From: Escherichia coli
GTDB taxonomy: Bacteria > Pseudomonadota > Gammaproteobacteria > Enterobacterales > Enterobacteriaceae
Length of the DNA: 64,000 bases
Assembly (NCBI RefSeq): GCF_003334785.1
Contig: NZ_QOWV01000012.1
Reading direction: 5' to 3' (one strand)
Part shown: piece by piece, positions 54,455-64,000 of the stretch
How the letters are laid out: each line of letters opens with the position of its first letter
How positions within the stretch are numbered: position 1 is the stretch's first letter
Translations under genes and position numbers: made by a program
The notes under the pieces: model-generated
The model's database searches: none
Told to the model about the DNA's origin: nothing
Seen by the model: only the letters and a program-made list of their open reading frames with translations

Positions 54455-55369
54455 ATGACGGTTCCTACCTATGACAAATTTATTGAACCTGTTCTGCGTT
54501 ATCTGGCGACAAAACCGGAAGGTGCAGCCGCGCGTGATGTTCATGAGGCTGCCGCGGATGCATTAGGACTGGATGACAGCCAGCGAGCGAAAGTCATTAC
54601 CAGCGGACAACTTGTTTATAAAAATCGTGCAGGCTGGGCACATGACCGTTTAAAACGTGCCGGGTTGTCGCAAAGTTTGTCGCGTGGCAAATGGTGCCTG
54701 ACTCCTGCGGGTTTTGACTGGGTTGCGTCTCATCCCCAGCCAATGACGGAGCAGGAGACGAACCATCTGGCCTTCGATTTTGTGAATGTCAAACTTAAGT
54801 CACGGCCGGATGCCGTCGATTTAGATCCGAAAGCCGACTCTCCCGATCATGAAGAACTAGCAAAGAGCAGCCCGGACGATCGGTTAGATCAGGCGCTAAA
54901 AGAGCTTCGTGATGCGGTGGCTGATGAGGTTCTGGAAAACTTATTGCAGGTTTCTCCTTCGCGCTTTGAAGTCATTGTTCTGGATGTTTTGCATCGCCTG
55001 GGGTATGGCGGCCACCGTGATGATTTGCAGCGTGTTGGCGGTACTGGAGATGGTGGCATCGATGGTGTGATATCGCTTGATAAACTTGGCCTGGAGAAAG
55101 TTTATGTTCAGGCAAAACGTTGGCAGAACACTGTAGGCAGGCCAGAATTACAGGCATTTTACGGCGCACTGGCTGGGCAAAAGGCGAAACGTGGGGTGTT
55201 TATTACCACTTCTGGATTTACGTCTCAGGCGCGTGACTTTGCTCAATCCGTCGAGGGTATGGTGTTGGTTGATGGGGAACGCCTGGTGCACTTAATGATC
55301 GAAAACGAAGTAGGGGTTTCTTCACGTTTGTTGAAGGTGCCGAAACTGGATATGGACTATTTTGAGTGA
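54455..55369 (+). CDS. mrr: type IV modification-dependent restriction endonuclease Mrr
   Basis: 304 aa; MTVPTYDKFIEPVLRYLATKPEGAAARDVHEAAADALGL... winged-helix N-terminus plus Mrr catalytic core (VYVQAKRW). Confidence 0.9.
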   Translation: MTVPTYDKFIEPVLRYLATKPEGAAARDVHEAAADALGLDDSQRAKVITSGQLVYKNRAGWAHDRLKRAGLSQSLSRGKWCLTPAGFDWVASHPQPMTEQETNHLAFDFVNVKLKSRPDAVDLDPKADSPDHEELAKSSPDDRLDQALKELRDAVADEVLENLLQVSPSRFEVIVLDVLHRLGYGGHRDDLQRVGGTGDGGIDGVISLDKLGLEKVYVQAKRWQNTVGRPELQAFYGALAGQKAKRGVFITTSGFTSQARDFAQSVEGMVLVDGERLVHLMIENEVGVSSRLLKVPKLDMDYFE

Positions 55370-55374
55370 AATAT

Positions 55375-55408
55375 CAGGCCGGATGCGGCTGCGCCTTATC
55401 CGGCCCAT
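55375..55408. repeat. REP element between mrr and yjiA
   Basis: caggccggatgcggctgcgccttatccggccc. Confidence 0.55.
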
Positions 55409-55414
55409 AACCCC

Positions 55415-56371
55415 TTACTTCCTCAACCCCGCAAACGCCGCCCGAATCTCATCCTCCGGCAACTGAATCCCGATAAACACCATCGTGCTATGCGGTTTTT
55501 CATCGCCCCACGGTCTGTCCCAGTCGGCGCTGTAGAGGCGCTGGACGCCCTGGAACAGCAGGCGGTTAGCTTCGCCGTCAATCCACAGCATCCCTTTGTA
55601 ACGCAGCAGTTTATCCGCCGATTCCAGCAGCAGGTTTTCCATCACGCGGGAAACTTCGCTGATATCTACCGGGTAATCCAGTTCCACCACAATCGACGAA
55701 ATATCGTTTTGTTTATCCGCGATAAAGTGGAAACGCGGTTTGGTGCTGACGACGTTCTCTTCCAGCATAAAACCGTTGGTGTTGAACAGCAGGCCCAGGT
55801 CGATGTCGCCGTGGGTAACGGTGTAGACCGGTGCACGGGCGTTGATGCGCGCCAGGCGTTCGCGCAGTTTTTCTGCTTCGCCTGCGACGTCGGTTTTAGT
55901 CAGCAGAATACGGTCGGCGTAGCCAACCTGTGACTGGGCGATGGTGAACTGGTTCATCTGCTCATCGGCATGTACCGCATCCACCAGCGCAATCACGCCG
56001 TCCAGCAGGTAACGCTGGCATAAAATCTCATGGGAGAAAAAGGTCTGAATAATCGGGCCGGGATCGGCCATGCCGGTGCATTCAATGACCAGACGGTCGA
56101 ACTGAATATTGCCCTTGTCGAGATTATCCAGCAGGTCGAGTAGCGCGTCCTCCAGCTCGTTGGAGCGCGAACAGCAGATGCAGCCGTTGGTCAGCGTTTT
56201 GATCTGCGTGGCGCGGTCACCAATCAGTTGATCATCAACGGAGACTTCGCCGAATTCGTTTTCAATCACGGCAATCTTGTAGCCGTGTTGTTCGTTAAGA
56301 ATATGGCGCAGCAGGGTGGTTTTGCCCGCGCCTAAAAAACCGGTGAGTAGGGTAACTGCAATCGGGTTCAT
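55415..56371 (-). CDS. yjiA: COG0523/CobW-family metal-associated GTPase YjiA
   Basis: MNPIAVTLLTGFLGAGKTTLLRHILNEQHGYKIAVIENEFGEVSVD... P-loop and CxCC motif (GCICCS); 318 aa from the internal Met. Confidence 0.85.
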   Translation of the reverse strand: MNPIAVTLLTGFLGAGKTTLLRHILNEQHGYKIAVIENEFGEVSVDDQLIGDRATQIKTLTNGCICCSRSNELEDALLDLLDNLDKGNIQFDRLVIECTGMADPGPIIQTFFSHEILCQRYLLDGVIALVDAVHADEQMNQFTIAQSQVGYADRILLTKTDVAGEAEKLRERLARINARAPVYTVTHGDIDLGLLFNTNGFMLEENVVSTKPRFHFIADKQNDISSIVVELDYPVDISEVSRVMENLLLESADKLLRYKGMLWIDGEANRLLFQGVQRLYSADWDRPWGDEKPHSTMVFIGIQLPEDEIRAAFAGLRK

Positions 56372-56381
56372 GCTCTCTCCA

Positions 56382-56585
56382 TTAACAACAGCGCATACCG
56401 CCTTTACCATCGCCGCCGTAGCGCGCGTTCTGGCGTTCGCGGAAGAATTCTTCATAGCTCATGTACGGCTTGTCGGGATGGTTGGTCTTCATATGCTCGA
56501 CGTAGTTGTCGTAGTCTGGAATGCCAATCAACATCTTCGCCGCCTGGCCGAGATATTTTTTTGCCTGTCCTAAGTTACCAAACAT
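56382..56585 (-). CDS. yjiX: DUF466 small protein YjiX
   Basis: 67-aa ORF immediately downstream of btsT and upstream of yjiA, as in K-12. Confidence 0.8.
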
Positions 56586-56595
56586 AGTTCACTCT

Positions 56596-56628
56596 GATAA
56601 GAACAAAGCCCCGCCGAAGCGGGGCTAA
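56596..56628 (-). terminator. intrinsic terminator downstream of btsT
   Basis: agccccgcc-gaa-gcggggct hairpin followed by a T-rich run on the minus strand. Confidence 0.5.
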
Positions 56629-56634
56629 ACACGG

Positions 56635-58785
56635 TTAGTGGTGCGAAGAGATCTTCACGCCGCCTTCCGGGATTGGAACGTACGGTGTTTCTTTGTCAGT
56701 ACGTTTGTCGCTGTTACGCACCTTCAGCCAGGTTTTGAAACCGTAGAAGATGATGCTGTACACCACAATCAGGAACAGAATACTCAGGCCCGCGTTGGTG
56801 TAGTTGTTCACAACAATGTGGTTCATGTTGGCAATCTGCTGCGCCGTCAGGTCAGTACCGTTAGCAATCTTCTCTTTGTACTGGCTTGCCATGTAGAAGA
56901 AGCCTTCCATCTGTGGGTTGGTGCTGAACAGTTTCAGACCCAGTGCCCAGGTGGTGCAGATAAGCAGCCATACAGCCGGAACAACGGTAACCCAGATGTA
57001 TTGGGTGCGCTTCATCTTAATCAGCACAACGGTGCCCAGTACCAGCGCCACGGCTGCCAGCATCTGGTTGGAGATACCGAACAGCGGCCACAGGCTCTTA
57101 ACGCCGCCCAGCGGATCGACCACGCCCTGATACAGCAGGTAGCCCCACAGACCCACACAGCCCGCAGTACCGATGATACCGGCAACCAGAGAGTCGGTTT
57201 TTTTCAGGAACGGGATGAAGTTACCCAGCAGGTCTTGCAGCATAAAGCGGCCAGAACGGGTACCCGCATCCAGCGCGGTCAGGATGAACAGGGCTTCGAA
57301 CAGAATACCGAAGTGATACCAGAAGCCCATGTCAGCCATCGGCAGCACTTTGTGGAACACATGAGCGATACCTACCGCCAGCGTCGGCGCACCACCTGCA
57401 CGGTTCAGGACAGAAGGCTCACCAATGTCTTTCGCGGTTTGCAGGATCTGCTCTGGCGAAATCACGAAGCCCCAGGAGCTGACGGTTGCCGCCGCGTGTG
57501 CGGTAACGTCTTTCAGCTGCGCCATGATGATCGGCGCGTTCTCGCCACCCATTTCATGCAGGTTAGGCATGGTGATGCCAAGGCCAGCAGGCGGGGTATT
57601 CATCGCGAAGTAAAGACCCGGTTCGATGATGGACGCAGCAACCAGCGCCATAATCGCCACGAAGGACTCCATCAGCATTGCGCCGTAGCCAATGAAACGC
57701 GCGTCGGTTTCATTAGCCAGCAGTTTCGGCGTCGTACCGGAAGAGATCAGCGCGTGGAAGCCAGATACCGCACCACAGGCGATGGTGATGAACAGGAACG
57801 GGAACAGAGCGCCTTTCCACAGCGGGCCAGTACCGTCAATGTACTGGGTCATCGCAGGCATTTTCAGTTCCGGGTTCAGCACCACGATACCCAGCGCCAG
57901 GCCGACGATAACGCCGATTTTCAGGAAGGTTGCCAGATAGTCGCGCGGTGCGAGGATCAGCCACACCGGCAGCAGTGCGGAAACAAACGCATAGCCAATC
58001 AGCGCGAAGGTAATGGTGGTGTCTTTAAAGGTCAGTGCCGGACCCCAGTACGGATCGTGAGCAATCACGCCACCGAAGTAGATAGAGGCAACCAGCAGCA
58101 CGATACCAATGACAGAGACTTCACCCACACGCCCCGGACGGATAAAGCGCATGTAGATACCCATAAACAGCGCAATCGGTACGGTTGAGCAAACGGTGAA
58201 AACACCCCACGGGCTTTCGGCCAGGGCTTTAACCACAATCAGCGCCAGGACGGCAAGGATGATGATCATGATTAAGAAACAGCCAAACAGCGCGATAGTC
58301 CCCGGTACTGGTCCCATCTCTTCTTTGATCATCTCACCGAGAGATGCGCCGTTACGGCGAGAGGAGATAAACAGCACCATAAAGTCCTGTACCGCACCGG
58401 CCAGTACTACCCCCGCCAGCAGCCACAGCGTGCCAGGTAGGTAGCCCATCTGCGCGGCGAGAACCGGACCAACCAGCGGACCAGCACCGGCGATAGCGGC
58501 GAAGTGGTGACCAAACAACACGTAACGGTTGGTCGGAACGTAGTTCAGACCGTCGTTGTTAATAACCGCAGGCGTCGCGCGCGTGGGGTCGAGTTTCATC
58601 ACCTTCTGGGCGATGTACAAACTGTAGTAGCGATACGCCACCAGATACACCGACACAGAGGCGACCACGATCCACAGGGCGCTGACGTGCTCCCCCCGAC
58701 GTAATGCAACTACCGCGAGGCAGAATGCACCGATGATTCCGAGAATCACCCAGGGTATGTGCTTGAATAGTTTTTTCGTATCCAT
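56635..58785 (-). CDS. btsT: CstA-family pyruvate/H+ symporter BtsT (YjiY)
   Basis: MDTKKLFKHIPWVILGIIGAFCLAVVALRRGEHVSALWIVVASVSVYLVAYRYYSLYIAQ...; 716 aa from the internal Met. Confidence 0.9.
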   Translation of the reverse strand: MDTKKLFKHIPWVILGIIGAFCLAVVALRRGEHVSALWIVVASVSVYLVAYRYYSLYIAQKVMKLDPTRATPAVINNDGLNYVPTNRYVLFGHHFAAIAGAGPLVGPVLAAQMGYLPGTLWLLAGVVLAGAVQDFMVLFISSRRNGASLGEMIKEEMGPVPGTIALFGCFLIMIIILAVLALIVVKALAESPWGVFTVCSTVPIALFMGIYMRFIRPGRVGEVSVIGIVLLVASIYFGGVIAHDPYWGPALTFKDTTITFALIGYAFVSALLPVWLILAPRDYLATFLKIGVIVGLALGIVVLNPELKMPAMTQYIDGTGPLWKGALFPFLFITIACGAVSGFHALISSGTTPKLLANETDARFIGYGAMLMESFVAIMALVAASIIEPGLYFAMNTPPAGLGITMPNLHEMGGENAPIIMAQLKDVTAHAAATVSSWGFVISPEQILQTAKDIGEPSVLNRAGGAPTLAVGIAHVFHKVLPMADMGFWYHFGILFEALFILTALDAGTRSGRFMLQDLLGNFIPFLKKTDSLVAGIIGTAGCVGLWGYLLYQGVVDPLGGVKSLWPLFGISNQMLAAVALVLGTVVLIKMKRTQYIWVTVVPAVWLLICTTWALGLKLFSTNPQMEGFFYMASQYKEKIANGTDLTAQQIANMNHIVVNNYTNAGLSILFLIVVYSIIFYGFKTWLKVRNSDKRTDKETPYVPIPEGGVKISSHH

Positions 58786-58804
58786 AGTAAAACCTGGCAT
58801 TTTA

Positions 58805-58915
58805 CTCGTCGTCTTTTGGCTTACAGGTGCGGCAGCTGCGTTCGTTCACCTCTGACACTTACTGTTGTAAGCTCCCGGGGATTCACTCACTTGCTGCCTT
58901 CCTGCAAACCAAAAT
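58805..58915. repeat. ERIC (IRU) repeat upstream of btsT, inverted relative to the copy at 50640-50755
   Basis: ...ctgttgtaagctcccggggattcactcacttgctgcc... is the reverse complement of the ERIC core seen between hsdR and hsdM. Confidence 0.6.
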
Positions 58916-59135
58916 CCATAGAGTAATTTGTTAATCATAGGCCGAAGCCGTTCTAGGTTTGCGTTGCGTTTGAGGAGGTAAATTGACCGCTATCCTGCAG
59001 TGATGTTGCCAGAGATACGCGCGCGTAAAGTAAGGTAAATAACTGAGTGGTTATTTTAGGGATGTAAGCGGTCAGGAATGGCGGTGAGCGGTTGGGCAAG
59101 AATTATTCATCGGGTGGATATGTGATTGAGATCAC

Positions 59136-59171
59136 AATAAAAATGCCCCTTCGACGAATGCGTGAAGGGGC
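59136..59171 (-). terminator. intrinsic terminator downstream of hpaC
   Basis: ccccttc...gaagggg hairpin followed by a T-run on the minus strand. Confidence 0.5.
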
Positions 59172-59177
59172 TGGAGC

Positions 59178-59690
59178 TTAAATCGCAGCTTCCATTTCCA
59201 GCATCACCGGATGGAAACGGCGTTTAAAGTAGATAAGTCCGTGACCTTCTGCACTGAGGATGATGTTTTTAATCTCCACCAGATACACCAGATGTGTGCC
59301 AATTGCCTGCACATCGCGGATCTCACCTTCAAGACTGGCCAGCGAACCTTTTAGCACCGGCTGCGCCAGCGGACCTTTTTGCCAGCATGAGAGGCTAAAA
59401 CGCTCTTCCATCGCCATGCCTGTCATGCCCGCGAAGTGGCGTGCCATCAGTTCCTGCTCATGGTTGAGGACGTTGACGCACAACTTGCCGTTGCCCTGAA
59501 AAACCGGGTTCATCGCACTGTTGGCGTTAATGCACACCATCAGCGACGGTGGTGTATCCGTGACCGAGCAGACAGCCGTTGCCGTAATCCCGCATTGTCC
59601 GGTGTCGCCCTCGGTGGTGATAATATTTACCGCTGCCGACAGGCTGGCCATCGCGTCACGAAAGCGCAGGCGTTGTTCATCTAATTGCAT
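59178..59690 (-). CDS. hpaC: 4-hydroxyphenylacetate 3-monooxygenase reductase component HpaC
   Basis: 170-aa flavin reductase MQLDEQRLRFRDAMASLSAAVNIITTEGDTGQCGITATAVCSVTDTPPSLMVCINANSAMNPVF... Confidence 0.9.
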   Translation of the reverse strand: MQLDEQRLRFRDAMASLSAAVNIITTEGDTGQCGITATAVCSVTDTPPSLMVCINANSAMNPVFQGNGKLCVNVLNHEQELMARHFAGMTGMAMEERFSLSCWQKGPLAQPVLKGSLASLEGEIRDVQAIGTHLVYLVEIKNIILSAEGHGLIYFKRRFHPVMLEMEAAI

Positions 59691-59707
59691 CTTAACCTCC
59701 TGCTGCG

Positions 59708-61270
59708 TTATTTCAGCAGCTTATCCAGCATGTTGATATCGTCGTTGTTGTGCAGGTGCGGCACAGTCCAGCCGTTCTGGTCGTATTCCGACAGGCAGCG
59801 ATCAACCATCGCCATCATCTTGTCCATATTGCCGGAGCTTTGTGCCTGGCGCAGACACTGCAGGCGAATCTCATCCTGGCTACCGGAGTAGTTGATTTCA
59901 TACAGTTCGTGGCGACCACCAAACTCGCTGCCAATGGCGTCCCACATCAGTTTGAGGATCTTGATGCGCTGGACGTGATCCATACCATTCGAACCGCGCA
60001 CATACTTCGCCAGATACTGGTCGATCTGCGGATTGTTCAGGTCACGGGCACTGGAAGGGAGGTAGATCAGGCCACTGGTAACGTTGCGTTCGATAATGTT
60101 TTTGATCTTCGCGTAGGCCATTGGTGCCAGTACGCGATAGGTTTGCAGTGCGGCATGATCCGGTAAATAAGCCCCGTTGACCCACGGCGTCGCTTCAGAA
60201 CACATCGAGTCACTCAATGCCCAGAAGGTGTTGCGCCACGCCACCACTTCACCGAGATCGGCCTGCACACCACGGAACTCCAGGGTGCCGGTACATTCGA
60301 GTGATTTTTTCAGCAGTGCCGTAATGAAGTCGAGTTTCACTGCCAGGCGCACACAGGCTTGCAGCGGATACATACGGGCAAAACCGCCTTCCATCGTCCA
60401 GCGACGGCAGCGATCAAAATCGCGGTAGATCAGCACGTTTTCCCATGGGATCAGCACGTTATCCATCACCAGAATCGCATCATTCTCATCGAAGCGGCTG
60501 GAGAGCGGGTAGTCATACGGTGAGCCGGTAGCACCCGCGACCATCTCATAAGAGGCGCGGGAGATTAATTTCACGCCATCAGCATCCATTGGCGCAACGA
60601 ACATCAGCGCGAAGTCCGGGTTTTCGCCCATTACTTGTGCCGAGCCGAAGCCAACCATGTTGTAGTGAGTCAGCGCCGAGTTGGTGGCAACCACTTTCGC
60701 ACCGCTAACGATAATCCCGGCGTCAGTCTCTTTTTCCAGCTTGATGTAAACGTCTTTCACTTTATCGGTCGGCAAATGACGATCGATCGGTGGGTTAACA
60801 ATCGCGTGGTTAAAGTAGAGGCCAGTTTCCTGAATACGGGTATACCAGTTACGGGCGTTCTGCTCGAACTGACCGTAAAAGCCCGGATTCGCGCCCAGTG
60901 CGCAACCGAAAGCAGCTTTGTAGTCTGGGGTACGGCCCATCCAGCCATAGCTCAGGCGTGACCACTCAGCGATGGCGTCGCGTTGCTGGCGCAGGTCGTC
61001 GGCACTTTTCGCCACGCGGAAGAATTTATGGGTATAGCCGCCGCTGCCGGTGTCGGTGTTCCAACACAGAGAGTCCTGCATCTCCGGTTTGTGCAGCGCG
61101 TCGTACAGTTGGGCAACAGACGCTGCCGCATTACGAAATGCCGGATGAGTAGTGACGTCTTTCACTCGCTCGCCATAGATATAGATCTCGCGACCATCCT
61201 GCAGGCTTTTCAGATACTCTTCCCCGGTGAACGGACGTTGGGTACTGGCGCGGAAATCTTCTGGTTTCAT
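59708..61270 (-). CDS. hpaB: 4-hydroxyphenylacetate 3-monooxygenase oxygenase component HpaB
   Basis: 520 aa; MKPEDFRASTQRPFTGEEYLKSLQDGREIYIYGERVKDVTTHPAFRNAAASVAQLYDALH... Confidence 0.9.
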   Translation of the reverse strand: MKPEDFRASTQRPFTGEEYLKSLQDGREIYIYGERVKDVTTHPAFRNAAASVAQLYDALHKPEMQDSLCWNTDTGSGGYTHKFFRVAKSADDLRQQRDAIAEWSRLSYGWMGRTPDYKAAFGCALGANPGFYGQFEQNARNWYTRIQETGLYFNHAIVNPPIDRHLPTDKVKDVYIKLEKETDAGIIVSGAKVVATNSALTHYNMVGFGSAQVMGENPDFALMFVAPMDADGVKLISRASYEMVAGATGSPYDYPLSSRFDENDAILVMDNVLIPWENVLIYRDFDRCRRWTMEGGFARMYPLQACVRLAVKLDFITALLKKSLECTGTLEFRGVQADLGEVVAWRNTFWALSDSMCSEATPWVNGAYLPDHAALQTYRVLAPMAYAKIKNIIERNVTSGLIYLPSSARDLNNPQIDQYLAKYVRGSNGMDHVQRIKILKLMWDAIGSEFGGRHELYEINYSGSQDEIRLQCLRQAQSSGNMDKMMAMVDRCLSEYDQNGWTVPHLHNNDDINMLDKLLK

Positions 61271-61520
61271 GTCGACCTCTACAGTATTAATCGGAATACG
61301 ATTGTTAATTTTGTGTGTTGTTTTTGTTATTCAATTGAAGCTTGCAGGGGCGATTACGGGAAGAGACTTTTGGGACAATGGCTGGTACTTTTCAGGTCGG
61401 GTACGGTTTTGTGATCGAGGTCGCTTTTAGCGATTTTTGACGTTACTAAATCCCCTTGCTCCAGGCGGAGAAAGGGGAATAGCAGGTGGTGCCTGGTTTC
61501 CCGTTAAGGCTAAGGGATTT

Positions 61521-62411
61521 TCACGTCACAGGTACTTTTTTGGCACGATAAGCACTGGGCGAGCAACCGACTAAGCGATAAAAAAAGCGCGCAAAATAAG
61601 CCGGATCCTTAAAACCGAGTTGCCAGGCAATATTGTTCACGGCGTTATCAGAAAACAGCAGCAGCCGCTTGGCTTCTCGCAGCTGCCTGTCGAAAATCAA
61701 CCGTTTTGGCGGACGGTTGGCAAAGCGACGGCAGATGTCCGTGAGTCGTGATTCGGTGATATGCAGTTCGTTAGCGTAATCCGGTACTGTCCAGTGCTGA
61801 TGAAAATGGCTTTCAATCAGCATATGAAAACGCTGGAACAGTTTTAATTCTCCGCGCATCCCGCTGGCGGCATGGTCGTCGAGTTTTGCGTTACGCAGCA
61901 GTAGGGTGAACACTGCCTGTGCCAGGAGCGTCAGGGTGTGTTCCCGTCCAGGCAGTTGTTCCACCGATTCCCGCTCTATCAGTTGCCAATAGTGTTCCAG
62001 CGCCGCCAGTTCGTCGGGTTTATCTGCCAGTGACAGGCAAATCCCCGGCAGGCCGAAGGTTTCCCGAGTGCCCGGATACAGAACTTCCAGCAGGGGCCAG
62101 ATCAGATCTTCCCGTACCGTCAACACATGACCGTCGGCGTCAGACTCCGTAATAAACGCATGAGGTACTGACGGCGGCGTCAGGACAAACAGGGGCGCTT
62201 CCACCGAGTAGCGATGATCGTCAAGCTGTAGCTCAATCTGTCCGCTATTGAGGAAATGCATCTGAAAGTACTGTTCGTGGCGATGTGGCAGCATATGGCG
62301 GCCAAAAAATGCCGCCATGCGGGCGAACGACTGATAATGCACATCGTCCGTACCCAGGCTTTCATCGTACTCTTTGCTGATATCAATATTGGCAATCTGA
62401 CGGTCACGCAT
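61521..62411 (-). CDS. hpaA: AraC/XylS-family activator HpaA
   Basis: 296 aa; C-terminal AraC-type helix-turn-helix; upstream of hpaBC. Confidence 0.85.
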   Translation of the reverse strand: MRDRQIANIDISKEYDESLGTDDVHYQSFARMAAFFGRHMLPHRHEQYFQMHFLNSGQIELQLDDHRYSVEAPLFVLTPPSVPHAFITESDADGHVLTVREDLIWPLLEVLYPGTRETFGLPGICLSLADKPDELAALEHYWQLIERESVEQLPGREHTLTLLAQAVFTLLLRNAKLDDHAASGMRGELKLFQRFHMLIESHFHQHWTVPDYANELHITESRLTDICRRFANRPPKRLIFDRQLREAKRLLLFSDNAVNNIAWQLGFKDPAYFARFFYRLVGCSPSAYRAKKVPVT

Positions 62412-62420
62412 CGTCGTTCC

Positions 62421-63797
62421 TTACGGGGTCGCTCGCGGACGGGAGGACTGCATTGGAATCGCCCAGATAATCCCCGCACCAATCACCAGCAGCGCGGCAA
62501 CAAACCACAATCCACTGTTAAAGCTGCCGGTCAGATCTTTCAACCAGCCGATCATAAACGGACTTAATGCTGAACCAATGTTGCCAGTGGCGTTGATCAC
62601 CGCAATACCGATCGCTCGTGCCCGCAGGCTGATGGACTGATCCGGTGTTGTCCAGAAAATCGCCATTGCGCTGAATGATCCTGTCGAAGCCATAATGATC
62701 CCCAGCATCTGGATCATGTTGTGATCAGTTGCCGAAGCCAGTAACCAACCAGCGGCAGCGAACAAATAAGGAAGGGCGGTGTGATGCCTTCGTTCCTGGC
62801 GGTGATCTGAGTGACGGCTCCAGTAAATCATCCCGAGAATGGTACAAATCTGCGGTACGGCGGCCAGCAGGCCGATGGTGATATTACTGCTGCCCTGATT
62901 AAAGCTTTGCAGGATCTGCGGTGTCCAGATGCTGATCGCACTAAGTGTGTTGGTCAGGCAGAAATACGCCAGGGTATACATCATCACCACCGGAGTGAAG
63001 ATCTCCCGCCACATGCTGCGTTGTTGCATGGCGTGGTGGCTGATGGCTCCCTCTGGCTGAACCAGCGTCAGACGATCGTTATCCATCATCTCTTGCAGGC
63101 ATTTTTTGTCTTCTTTCGTCAGCCACTTAGCTTTGTCCGGTGAGTCATCAAGCCAGAACCACACCATGATGCCGAGTAATACCGACGGGAAGCCTTCCAG
63201 CAAAAACAGCCACTGCCAGCCTTTTAATGCCATTACGCCATCCAGCGACAAAATGTAGCCGGAAACGATCGATCCCAACGCTGTCGTTACCGGCATTGCC
63301 ACCATAAACAAGGCGTTGGCACGGGCGCGGAAATAGGCCGGAAACCAGAAGGTTAAATACAGCAGAATGCCAGGCAGAAAGCCGGCTTCGGTAATGCCAA
63401 CCAGTATACGCAGTACGTACAAGCTGGTGGGGCCAGTGGCAAACATGGTGGCAGTAGAGGCGATGCCCCAAAGCACCATGATGGTGGCGATCCAGCGCCG
63501 CGCACCGACAATACTCAGCATAATGTTGCTGGGAATGCCGAAGATGACATAAGCGGCGTAGAACAGGGTGGTGGCGAGGCCAAACATGGTGGCGCTCAGA
63601 CCGAGGTCGCGTCCCATCGTGAGTCCGGCAAAGCCGATGTTGATGCGATCAAGGAACGAGAAGATAAACAGCACGAACAGAAAGACGATCAGGCGGCGAA
63701 ACAGCTTCTTAATAACCGCCTGTTGTCCGGCAGTCAGCGCTTTATGCTGATTCGCCGGATCGATACTCTCCGGTATGGCAGGTGAGGTGTCGCTCAT
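62421..63797 (-). CDS. hpaX: MFS 4-hydroxyphenylacetate permease HpaX
   Basis: MSDTSPAIPESIDPANQHKALTAGQQAVIKKLFRRLIVFLFVLFIFSFLDRINIGFAGLTMG...; 458 aa from the internal Met. Confidence 0.85.
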   Translation of the reverse strand: MSDTSPAIPESIDPANQHKALTAGQQAVIKKLFRRLIVFLFVLFIFSFLDRINIGFAGLTMGRDLGLSATMFGLATTLFYAAYVIFGIPSNIMLSIVGARRWIATIMVLWGIASTATMFATGPTSLYVLRILVGITEAGFLPGILLYLTFWFPAYFRARANALFMVAMPVTTALGSIVSGYILSLDGVMALKGWQWLFLLEGFPSVLLGIMVWFWLDDSPDKAKWLTKEDKKCLQEMMDNDRLTLVQPEGAISHHAMQQRSMWREIFTPVVMMYTLAYFCLTNTLSAISIWTPQILQSFNQGSSNITIGLLAAVPQICTILGMIYWSRHSDHRQERRHHTALPYLFAAAGWLLASATDHNMIQMLGIIMASTGSFSAMAIFWTTPDQSISLRARAIGIAVINATGNIGSALSPFMIGWLKDLTGSFNSGLWFVAALLVIGAGIIWAIPMQSSRPRATP

Positions 63798-63835
63798 TTT
63801 TCTTCCTCTAATGGGATTTTTGTAGGGTACGACAA

Positions 63836-64000
<165 letters not shown>

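Noticed and set aside
56638-58188. 516-aa ORF antisense to btsT
   Set aside because: Fully embedded in btsT on the opposite strand; low-complexity R/H/Q-rich translation typical of a shadow frame.

Overview
This window is an Escherichia coli chromosomal segment with K-12-like synteny (nanCMS, fimBEAICDFGH, uxuAB-uxuR, yjiC through yjiS, the hsd/mrr immigration-control region, yjiA-yjiX-btsT), but it is clearly not K-12. All gene identities are from reading the six-frame translations by eye and from synteny; no database search was run. Left to right: (1) a degraded CP4-like island remnant (IS3 transposase tail, truncated flu/Ag43 3' end, yeeR/yeeS/yeeT, the cbeA-cbtA toxin-antitoxin pair, yeeW), ending in an HNH nuclease gene convergent with nanS; (2) nanCMS and the complete fim operon, with the fimS invertible switch in the fimA-ON orientation; (3) gntP reduced to a ~190 bp remnant, then uxuAB-uxuR; (4) the yjiC-iraD-hypT-iadA-yjiGH-kptA-yjiJKLMN-mdtM-rpnD-yjiR-yjiS block; (5) an immigration-control region that lacks mcrBC and instead has one orphan 921-aa ORF with a GG-x-G plus four-cysteine motif, followed by symE, hsdS, hsdM, hsdR and mrr; (6) the hpaXABC 4-hydroxyphenylacetate genes at the right edge. 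The strongest candidate for an undescribed system is the 921-aa ORF (44278..47043) in the mcrBC slot; secondary candidates are the HNH nuclease with its divergent small ORFs (8387..9601) and an unannotated 85-aa ORF translationally coupled to yjiL. No CRISPR array, rRNA or tRNA was recognised.
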